From SAR202 cluster bacterium (GTDB lineage: Bacteria; Chloroflexota; Dehalococcoidia; Lucifugimonadales; UBA826), in NCBI GenBank assembly GCA_022447825.1, contig JAKUTY010000006.1, positions 242-64,241 on the forward strand: a DNA stretch of 64,000 nucleotides, in the 5' to 3' direction. Under the pieces are notes generated by a model, which worked only from the letters and a program-made list of their open reading frames with translations, did no database searches and was not told the DNA's origin. Shown here piece by piece: positions 28,435 through 36,399 of the stretch (within the stretch, counting starts at the first letter, position 1; every line of letters starts with the position of its first letter). The position numbers and the translations under genes were made by a program.

Positions 28435-28480
28435 CTAGTCATTAACACTATAAAAATACATTTCTTTCAATATCAAATTA

Positions 28481-28511
28481 AAAACCCTCTAGATTCACTA
28501 GAGGGTTTTTT
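28481..28511 (+). terminator. intrinsic terminator
   Basis: AAAACCCTCTAG-ATTCA-CTAGAGGGTTTT followed by TT, that is, a stem followed by a U-run. Confidence 0.7.
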
Positions 28512-28575
28512 GATTAGAAGAAGAATAAAAAATGTGATAGAGTCCCGCTACAGATAAAGAAAGCTAGAGGTGAAT

Positions 28576-28983
28576 ATGTCAAAACAAGGCGTGAACCCTG
28601 ACGAATTAAGTCAACCATTTTGGGATGCTGCTAACAATAATAAACTGATGATCCAAAACTGCATTACATGCGATAGGCTTCAACATCCTCCTGAATCAGA
28701 ATGTCGCGACTGTGAAAATGGCGAACTAGAGTGGAAGGAAATGAGCGGAAAAGGAAAAATATACAATTATGTAGTTGTATATGACTGCCCTGTAAGGATG
28801 CTACAAGAAGACCAACCTTTTAACGTTGCTGTAGTAATGTTAGACGAGGACCCAGGAATTCAAATGTACTCTCATTTACCTGGCGTTCCTGCAGACGAGG
28901 TTCCAGTCGGAGCAAATGTTGAAGTGATTTTTGAAAAATTACCTAATGGTCAAAACGTACCAGAATGGAAAATATCTAATTAA
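28576..28983 (+). CDS. DUF35 OB-fold / Zn-ribbon protein (thiolase partner)
   Basis: FWDAANNNKLMIQNCITCDRLQHPPESECRDCENGELEWKEMSGKGKIYNYVV shows a 4-Cys rubredoxin-like ribbon followed by an OB fold. ATG 28576 follows an AGAGGTGA SD. Confidence 0.75.
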   Translation: MSKQGVNPDELSQPFWDAANNNKLMIQNCITCDRLQHPPESECRDCENGELEWKEMSGKGKIYNYVVVYDCPVRMLQEDQPFNVAVVMLDEDPGIQMYSHLPGVPADEVPVGANVEVIFEKLPNGQNVPEWKISN

Positions 28984-29006
28984 GTAATTCTAAAAGGAGT
29001 GATTGT

Positions 29007-30329
29007 ATGGCTACAGAAAATGCACCACAATCAATGTATCGATCTGAAGAAGGTTTAGGAATTTGGGAACACAGAGGTAAAGTTGCAGCTGTTGGAATTG
29101 GACACTCTCCTACCGAAAGAAGGTGGGATGGCAGCAGAGATACTTCAGTGGGAGCCCTAAGTATTCTTGCTTTAAGAAAAGCAATGGAAGATGCTGGAGT
29201 GACACCTGACCAAGTAGATGGGTTAGTGATCACACCTGTGACTACCACTGGAGCTTTTTGGCCCGAGGAAGATCCTCTACCATGGGATGTCATTAAGTCA
29301 TATAACCAAACAGATGATCCGTTAGATGGAATTGCTAAATTAAGCGCAGAATGGCTATTAAAAAATATGCCAGAACTTACTAACGTCAAATACACTCAAT
29401 ACGGTCCAACATGTATGTCTAACGCATTAAATGTTGCCTCTCAAGCAGTAGGAGATGGCCTTACCAATGTTTGTCTAGTATTGAAAGCGTGGCATAACTT
29501 ACCGGGTAGATACTACCAAAGCGGACCAAACGCGCACGATGCAATACAAGGCACATCAGCCATAAGAACACTATGGGGAGCACCTGCATGCTCAGGTACA
29601 GCCTTACAGTTTGCTGAATACTGCAGAAAATACGGTAAAACTCACGACATGATGGCTCCATTTATGATCAATTCAAGAAGAAATGGACTAATGATGCCTG
29701 AGGGATACTGGTACCAACATAGACCTGAAGAATTAACAGCAGAAGATTATGAATATGCTAGATGGATTGCTAAACCTGCTAATCTTTTTGACAATGATAT
29801 TCCTATCATGATGGCAGGAGCATACTTGTTTGCTACATCAGAAAGAGCAAAGGATATGAAGCAAAAACCTGTGTATATTTTAAATCACGCATCAAGTGAG
29901 GCTATCCCTAGAAGCCTTACTCCTTCATTAGATGAAGTTGAAGCAGAAACTGCTAGTACAGCCAGAAAAATTTACGAAGGTGCTGGCATTACAGCTGCTG
30001 ACTTATCTTTTGAGAACATGTACGATGGGTTCCCTCAATTTCATCAATTCCATATCGAAGGTCTTGGATATAGAGGAATTAAATTTGGTGAAGCTTTAGA
30101 TTTTTACCAAACTGATATTAGCATTGAAGGACCAAACCCAGTTTCTCCTAGCGGAGGAAACATTGGTGCAGGTAGAAGCAGAGTTTGGCTACACACTGAT
30201 AGTATCCAACAAATTCAAGGTAGAGCTGGTGCTAGAGCAGTAACTGGAGTAAAACCTGAAATTGCTGTGTCTGGAGGCCCAATGCCTCTTGGAGGAAATT
30301 ATACTGTTTGGAGTGCGACACCTGACTAA
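29007..30329 (+). CDS. thiolase-fold protein (SCP-x/non-specific lipid-transfer type), non-canonical active site
   Basis: 440 aa with SD AAAGGAG. N-terminal GKVAAVGIGHSP, a Cys in GPTCMSNALNVA at the nucleophile position, but YDGF where SCP2-type thiolases have HDCF, and no GHP motif. Confidence 0.65.
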   Translation: MATENAPQSMYRSEEGLGIWEHRGKVAAVGIGHSPTERRWDGSRDTSVGALSILALRKAMEDAGVTPDQVDGLVITPVTTTGAFWPEEDPLPWDVIKSYNQTDDPLDGIAKLSAEWLLKNMPELTNVKYTQYGPTCMSNALNVASQAVGDGLTNVCLVLKAWHNLPGRYYQSGPNAHDAIQGTSAIRTLWGAPACSGTALQFAEYCRKYGKTHDMMAPFMINSRRNGLMMPEGYWYQHRPEELTAEDYEYARWIAKPANLFDNDIPIMMAGAYLFATSERAKDMKQKPVYILNHASSEAIPRSLTPSLDEVEAETASTARKIYEGAGITAADLSFENMYDGFPQFHQFHIEGLGYRGIKFGEALDFYQTDISIEGPNPVSPSGGNIGAGRSRVWLHTDSIQQIQGRAGARAVTGVKPEIAVSGGPMPLGGNYTVWSATPD

Positions 30330-30332
30330 ATC

Positions 30333-30686
30333 ATGACAAAAAGAATTCTAATCAGCTTAGATATAGATGGTACATTAGAGGTCGGGGATCCTCCCGGCGA
30401 TTTGACTATGGAAATGGTCAGAATCGCAAAAAGTAAAGGTTACATTATAGGAACCTGTTCAGACCGACCTTTAAGTACTCAAAGGAAAATACTCACTCAA
30501 TACAACATAGAAATTGAGTTTGCTGTGTCAAAACATATGCTACCAGATGTTAAAGAGAAATTCGACGCAGATGTCTATTGCCATATAGGGGACAGAGATG
30601 ATTTAGACAGGCAATATGCTATTAAAGCTGATTTTGACTTTATGTGGCCTGATGAAGCAGCAGCCCACCATTGGTTCCATAAATAA
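30333..30686 (+). CDS. small HAD-superfamily hydrolase
   Basis: ISLDIDGTLE (DxDxT motif I), GTCSD (motif II-like) and GDRDDLD (motif IV). 117 aa. Confidence 0.55.
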   Translation: MTKRILISLDIDGTLEVGDPPGDLTMEMVRIAKSKGYIIGTCSDRPLSTQRKILTQYNIEIEFAVSKHMLPDVKEKFDADVYCHIGDRDDLDRQYAIKADFDFMWPDEAAAHHWFHK

Positions 30687-30690
30687 ACTT

Positions 30691-31485
30691 TTAATGTTTA
30701 GCAAAAATTGAATATTTCTCAATAATCTGTGAAGGCAATATAAATGGTTCTGGAGAGGTTGATAAAAGCCAATTAAGTACAGATAACCCATACCCTTTTG
30801 GATAAGTCCTCGAACCATCAGAATTGTCTGCTATTTCTATTCCCCATCCCGAATTCATAATATCTACAGGTATAATTGAACCGTCACTTATTTTTGAGAT
30901 GTATGAATTCATATTTGATTGAGAAATCCAAGGTTTATACATTAACCACATGTCCAAATCACTTCGTAAAATATCAGTCTTATTAATGATTGAAAACAAG
31001 TCTCTAACAAAAAATTGATCCCCAATTATCTGCCTATCAGTAGCATTAACAATTGAGTCGGAAAAGTACTCATTAACATATGCCCACCATTTCAAACTTC
31101 TGTAAGTGGGAGAAATCGGATCTACCCCAACATCCATACACATTTTTTGAATAAATTCATTCATTTCAAATAGTTGTTTAAATTGAGATTGAGGAATCCC
31201 ATATTTATTTAGCATTTCAAAATCCCCCCAGTCCACTACTAAATGTTCTGATCCCAAAATTTGATCTGAATAATTTCTCAGTCGTCGTTTATATGCAGAT
31301 AAAGTTCTGACAGGTAATGTGATTTTATATCTAGTTTTAAGAAAATCACTTCCAGAAGAATTTTTCCAATTATTTTGTTGCCAAGCTAACATCAATCCAA
31401 TTTGCTGGCAGTTATTGAGAGCAGATTGAAATCCTTTTTTTCCATCTTTCCAATTACTAACACCTTTAGGATTTATAGTTGCCAT
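30691..31485 (-). CDS. hypothetical protein (264 aa, Trp-rich, no recognisable family)
   Basis: Clean ORF with no TM segment or signal peptide. I recognise no motif. Confidence 0.5.
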   Translation of the reverse strand: MATINPKGVSNWKDGKKGFQSALNNCQQIGLMLAWQQNNWKNSSGSDFLKTRYKITLPVRTLSAYKRRLRNYSDQILGSEHLVVDWGDFEMLNKYGIPQSQFKQLFEMNEFIQKMCMDVGVDPISPTYRSLKWWAYVNEYFSDSIVNATDRQIIGDQFFVRDLFSIINKTDILRSDLDMWLMYKPWISQSNMNSYISKISDGSIIPVDIMNSGWGIEIADNSDGSRTYPKGYGLSVLNWLLSTSPEPFILPSQIIEKYSIFAKH

Positions 31486-31567
31486 AAAATAAATAAATGT
31501 TGCTTTTTTAATAAATATTTTTAAATATTATAAATTTAATGTTGCATACATTCAATTTAAATTTATA

Positions 31568-33235
31568 CTAATAGTCTCTAAATGCGTCACCGGGCTTTGA
31601 AGGCATTGCGTAACCTCCACTCAAACCAGCAGGAGACCCATCGGCTCTATGACATGCAGACCCCACCATCAAATCATTTTCAAACATAATTGCATTTAAT
31701 CCACCTGCGACTCGATTGACACTGGTAACTTCATGTCCCAAAAACTCCAATGATTTTTTTATATCTGAATCAAATTCATACTCTAATTCCAATACTCCAC
31801 CATCAGTCCAAATGCGCGGGGCTTCAACTGAAGCCTGCAAGGATAAATCATTGTTAATCAACGCCAATAAAGCCTGAGCTACAGCTCCAAAAATCTTACG
31901 TCCTCCGGGAGTACCTAATACTAAATACGGTTTAGATTTTTTAGTAATTATCGTAGGAGTCATAGATGACAAACATCTTTTAAAAGGCTGAATTGAATTT
32001 GCCATACCTGGATTAGGGTCAAATAATTCCATACAATTATTTAATAACATACCCGTATCTTTTAATGCTACTTTACTTCCAAAAGCATTATTAATAGTTT
32101 GTGTCATAGAAACTATGTTTCCCTCAGAATCAGTAACGTTGAAGTGAGTAGTATTTTCACTATCATTTAGTTTAAATTTGTGTGTAAACTCATATGACTG
32201 TGCTCTATCTAAATTTATTTCTTTTGACCTCTCCAAAGCATATTTTTTAGAAATCAAACCATCTAAAGGTATTTGAACATATTCAGGATCACCAATATAT
32301 TCATATCTATCAGCAAAAACTATCTTAAACACCTCGGAAAGAATATGAATTCTTTTAGAATCTGTAATTGAATATTGCTCAAGATCAAAATTTTCCAATA
32401 TATTCAACATCTGAATTAAGCAAATCCCTCCACTACTTACAGGTCCAACAGAATTAATTTCATAATCTTTATATGTACCTGAGACAGAATCACGATAAAA
32501 AAATCTTTGCTTTTTTAAATCATCAAGCGATATCAATCCATCATTTTTTTTCATTTCATCTTCTACGTGTTGGCCTAATTCCCCGTCATACAAATAAGAT
32601 GACCCATATCTTGAAATTCCTTCTAAAACCAATGCGAAATTAGGGTTTCTTATAATTTGTCCTTTTTGGGGCACAATCTTATTAGGTAAATAAATATCAG
32701 AACTTTCTGAATGTTTTAATAGTTCAGTAGAATTGTCACGAATATTATTAGAAAGATAATCAGAAACTTGAAATCCATTTCTAGCAATTTGAATAGCAGG
32801 AAAAATAACATCTTTTAGTGGAAATTTTCCATATTTTTCTACCAAATGAGTCCATACTTGAAGGTTACCAGGTGTGCCAACAGCGAGATAACCATTTTGA
32901 TTAAGTTTACCTTCAACTTCAAACATACCTGAAGGACTATTATCAACTTCTATAGGGTTATACATTGTTTCTGAAGCTTTTCCCGGTGCAGAAACATACC
33001 CATCAATAGTAAAAAAACCTTTGTCAGGTATATAAAAATTAGTAAAACCTCCACCAAATGGACCAACCATCATTGGTTCTACTACTGACAAAGCAAAAGC
33101 TGTGCCCGCAGCAGCGTCAAAAGCATTCCCACCTGCAGCTAATATAGAAAGACCTACTGAAGACGCTAAAGGATGATTTGAAGTAACCATTCCCATTGAC
33201 GATGTAAGTGACTGTTTCCTAGTAACTTGTTTCAT
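31568..33235 (-). CDS. ggt: gamma-glutamyltranspeptidase family protein
   Basis: ENTTHFNVTDSEGNIVSMTQTINNAFGS (autoprocessing Thr region) and GTPGGRKI motifs. 555 aa. No obvious N-terminal signal peptide. Confidence 0.85.
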   Translation of the reverse strand: MKQVTRKQSLTSSMGMVTSNHPLASSVGLSILAAGGNAFDAAAGTAFALSVVEPMMVGPFGGGFTNFYIPDKGFFTIDGYVSAPGKASETMYNPIEVDNSPSGMFEVEGKLNQNGYLAVGTPGNLQVWTHLVEKYGKFPLKDVIFPAIQIARNGFQVSDYLSNNIRDNSTELLKHSESSDIYLPNKIVPQKGQIIRNPNFALVLEGISRYGSSYLYDGELGQHVEDEMKKNDGLISLDDLKKQRFFYRDSVSGTYKDYEINSVGPVSSGGICLIQMLNILENFDLEQYSITDSKRIHILSEVFKIVFADRYEYIGDPEYVQIPLDGLISKKYALERSKEINLDRAQSYEFTHKFKLNDSENTTHFNVTDSEGNIVSMTQTINNAFGSKVALKDTGMLLNNCMELFDPNPGMANSIQPFKRCLSSMTPTIITKKSKPYLVLGTPGGRKIFGAVAQALLALINNDLSLQASVEAPRIWTDGGVLELEYEFDSDIKKSLEFLGHEVTSVNRVAGGLNAIMFENDLMVGSACHRADGSPAGLSGGYAMPSKPGDAFRDY

Positions 33236-33332
33236 TTAATAACCTCATTAGAAGGCATTAAAACAGATAAAATAAAAAAACAAAATACGGAAATCAATTT
33301 CTCAGTAACAGCTACTTGGTTTCTTGATAAAT

Positions 33333-33371
33333 AATAAAGCGCTACTTAGTCATAATAAGTAGCGCTTTATT
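33333..33371 (-). terminator. hairpin terminator after the coiled-coil lipoprotein operon
   Basis: Perfect 16-bp inverted repeat AATAAAGCGCTACTTA / TAAGTAGCGCTTTATT with a 7-nt loop, 20 nt downstream of the stop at 33391. A T-rich stretch follows on the minus strand. Confidence 0.6.
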
Positions 33372-33390
33372 AAGTTTTTGTGAACTGAAT

Positions 33391-36372
33391 TTAGTTCCCT
33401 GAACCTGAAAGAGATGTTGCAATATCCAATACTGAAGACAAATTACTTACATCGACAGCAGGTGCACTATCAAGTTGATCAACATTCTCAATAGCACCAT
33501 TGATTACACTCAATAGTCCGTATTCAGCCTGTCGATCCAATTCTTGAACTCTAGCTTGAATTTCTGTCAATTGTTGTCTCAATTCTTCGTGTTCAGCGTA
33601 TAAATCTTCTATTTCATCCCACTTCACAGAAATTTGATTTTGAATATCATCTGCCACAGATTGAAGAGGAAGAATATGATCAGCAATTCTGGCTTCCTTT
33701 TCTAGTTCTAATTGTTCGATTTGAGCATTGATTTGATCTTCAAAAGCAGTTTCAGCTTCTTGTCTTTTAGCATCAAGAGCTCTAAATTCATCATTTATCT
33801 CTTGATCTAAAGCTCTAAACCTAGCTTCTTCTTGGTCACTATAATTATCCCAAGCATCGTCCATGGCATCATGAATCGCTTTTTCTTGCTCATGTCTCCA
33901 ATCTTCAAACTCACTCCATAAATTATCGTTGAAAGAATCCCTCTCCTGATCTCTCTGTTCTTTCATTTGATTCAAACCAATACGTTGTTTATCCAACATT
34001 TGGTATTCTCTATCAAGAGCTTTAAATTGTTTATGAATAGGCTTTCTTAACTTCTCAACTTCTCTCCATTCATCATGAATAGTATCTAATTTCTGTTGAA
34101 CTTGTCGTAATTCTTTTTCTATAACCTCTCTACCTTTTTTGTCCTCTTTATGAGAATTTTCTCTTTCCTCATTTAGTTGTTTGATAGATAGTTCTACTGC
34201 TTGAATTTGATTTTGCAACGTTTCTTCTATAGCAACGTTAGCATTACTAGCTCCATAGTATTTTTCATCAATTTTAGCTATTTCATTAATACGAGTATTC
34301 TCAGCATCTAATTTCTGTTGTTCTAATTGTTGCTCTAATGCATTCACATCAACAGAAGATTCATTAGAACCCATTAGTTTGACTTCCTGAACATCACCTT
34401 CCCAGAAATTTTCCCAGGGAGTTGTGCCTAGAGTATAAGAATGAGCGAGCCATTCTCCAGCTACAGGTTGAACAGGTTGCAAAACCCAAAGCCCCTCTTT
34501 ATGTGAATAAATGTAACAAAATTCATATTGTGAACCCTGTTCGCCACAATCTTTTTTAACCCACATTGGGTGTCCGTTAAATTCACCTTGTTCTACATAA
34601 TCCCCTGCATAGTGTGTAGCACCACCCTCAAAAATAGCTCTTATCCATTTTCCATTTGTAGATGAATTTTTCTGATGATTAATTAATTGAATATTATGTT
34701 CCAATTCATTATTCAACTGATTAATTATGTTCTGGTACTCTTCTAACCTTGAGTATGCAGCAGTAATTTCTGGACCAGATACATTTGCAGCACCTCCCGT
34801 AGTAGCAGCCGATTGCTGTAATTCTTGTAATCTACCCTCTAATGGCTGCAGATCTTGAGTAAGCATATTTATTTGATCTACTATAGCGAGGTGTTGTGGA
34901 TTATCAGTAGTAACTTCTGAACCAGCCACAAATTGTGGTACCTGAGTCAATTGAGCTTCTAAATCAGATATTCCAAGAGTAATCTCGGCAATCTGTGGAT
35001 TATCTACCATAATTATACTGACTCCTGATGATCCAAAACCTGTCATTTCTATTTGTTGAGGCATATTAGCTAAGATAGCTTTTTTATTTTCAATCTCTGC
35101 TAGCAAACTAGTATATTGATTGTTCGGCTGGGGATCTGAAGTATATGTAGCTGGAATTGTTGTTAAGCTTTGATTAAGCAAATCTATTTCGGCAGATCGA
35201 TTATCAATTTCGGCAATTAATTGGCTTATTTCCACATTTATATTCGCATTAGCTTGTGTATCAGCCTGTGCATCACTTTCTAATTGCATAACAAAATTGT
35301 GCTCATTTTGTACCATATTTTCATAATAAGCTATTTGTTCTGATGTAGAAGCTTTAAGTGCTTCTATTTGCGCCAAATTTGATGAGGAATCATCAGCTGC
35401 TGAATTTGTTTCATAAGCCGTGTCTCTCTGGGATTCGATTTGTTGAATTGTAGCGTGGTAATCATTCCAAACTGCTTCAACTTCCTGGTCATACATATCC
35501 CAATCTAATTGCTGTGTGCTAGAAGTATTTGTAGTAGATGTTCCAGCAGCAGACGACCATACCGTTTCTAATTGATGATACAAATCATCTAATTCTTTTT
35601 GTTTTTCTTCAAATTTATCATCGTAATAATCCATTGATTTTGCATCAGAATTATTTCTCCAATCTTGCTGATCTAATTGATCATGTAATTCTCTTTCTTT
35701 ATCATGCAAAAGTTCTCTTCTGTCATCAATTTCCATCATCTGATCATCAAACACCATATTTTGTTCATCTAATGAAATTCTAATTTGATCTAATTTAAAA
35801 TAAGCTTCCTTAATAGCATTCTTCTGTAATCTATATTCGCTATTTTTATCCCAATCATCCATAGCAATATGATTTTGTTTTTCTCTTTGATGACGTTCAT
35901 CGTCAAAAGCTTCCCATATCTCGTGATTTTGTTGATCTAATTGATCTCTAATTAGTTCTAATTCTTCATCAAGTGCATCATACCTAGCATCTATAGAGTT
36001 CTCAAAAGCCTCGAATTCTTCTTCAACCATCTGTTCAAATTTTTCTCTGGCTTCATCCTCGTCCAAGAAAAGATTTTGATGTTCAGCTTCCATATCTCTC
36101 TCGAATTCATTCCCTATAATCTCAGCTTGCTGATTAATAATTTCCAATTCTTCTTCTAATGATTCGATTTCTTGTTCAATTGGTTTAATTCTTGAATCTA
36201 CCTCAGCAATTTGCTGAACCAATGGATCTACTTCATTGGTCTGTATCTCTAAAATTTGAGCTCGCATATCCAAAACAGATTGGGCAGCCTCTGCATCAAC
36301 AATTCCACAAGCAACCATAGAGAAACTAATAGATAAAATTCCAATAATCCTCAAGCCTATCTTATTTAACAT
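33391..36372 (-). CDS. giant acidic coiled-coil lipoprotein, paralog A (unknown family)
   Basis: Signal peptide plus lipobox (SMVAC), then about 950 aa of D/E/Q-rich heptad-like sequence. An aromatic-rich globular insert of about 95 aa is present. The ATG at 36372 follows a GGAG SD. Confidence 0.75.
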   Translation of the reverse strand: MLNKIGLRIIGILSISFSMVACGIVDAEAAQSVLDMRAQILEIQTNEVDPLVQQIAEVDSRIKPIEQEIESLEEELEIINQQAEIIGNEFERDMEAEHQNLFLDEDEAREKFEQMVEEEFEAFENSIDARYDALDEELELIRDQLDQQNHEIWEAFDDERHQREKQNHIAMDDWDKNSEYRLQKNAIKEAYFKLDQIRISLDEQNMVFDDQMMEIDDRRELLHDKERELHDQLDQQDWRNNSDAKSMDYYDDKFEEKQKELDDLYHQLETVWSSAAGTSTTNTSSTQQLDWDMYDQEVEAVWNDYHATIQQIESQRDTAYETNSAADDSSSNLAQIEALKASTSEQIAYYENMVQNEHNFVMQLESDAQADTQANANINVEISQLIAEIDNRSAEIDLLNQSLTTIPATYTSDPQPNNQYTSLLAEIENKKAILANMPQQIEMTGFGSSGVSIIMVDNPQIAEITLGISDLEAQLTQVPQFVAGSEVTTDNPQHLAIVDQINMLTQDLQPLEGRLQELQQSAATTGGAANVSGPEITAAYSRLEEYQNIINQLNNELEHNIQLINHQKNSSTNGKWIRAIFEGGATHYAGDYVEQGEFNGHPMWVKKDCGEQGSQYEFCYIYSHKEGLWVLQPVQPVAGEWLAHSYTLGTTPWENFWEGDVQEVKLMGSNESSVDVNALEQQLEQQKLDAENTRINEIAKIDEKYYGASNANVAIEETLQNQIQAVELSIKQLNEERENSHKEDKKGREVIEKELRQVQQKLDTIHDEWREVEKLRKPIHKQFKALDREYQMLDKQRIGLNQMKEQRDQERDSFNDNLWSEFEDWRHEQEKAIHDAMDDAWDNYSDQEEARFRALDQEINDEFRALDAKRQEAETAFEDQINAQIEQLELEKEARIADHILPLQSVADDIQNQISVKWDEIEDLYAEHEELRQQLTEIQARVQELDRQAEYGLLSVINGAIENVDQLDSAPAVDVSNLSSVLDIATSLSGSGN

Positions 36373-36399
36373 CAACTGCTCCTATCCTTTTTCTATTTT

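Noticed and set aside
28976-29395. Antisense or overlapping short ORFs in the track (for example 28976..29395, 2693..2938, 3220..3426, 5782..6021, 6454..6720, 12434..12679, 14404..14637, 15946..16176, 24915..25130, 26976..27278, 35538..35783, 53304..53645, 57193..57474, 63466..63805)
   Set aside because: Each lies entirely within, and antisense or out of frame to, a long ORF with clear family motifs. They have no SD and have low-complexity or odd composition, so I treat them as spurious.
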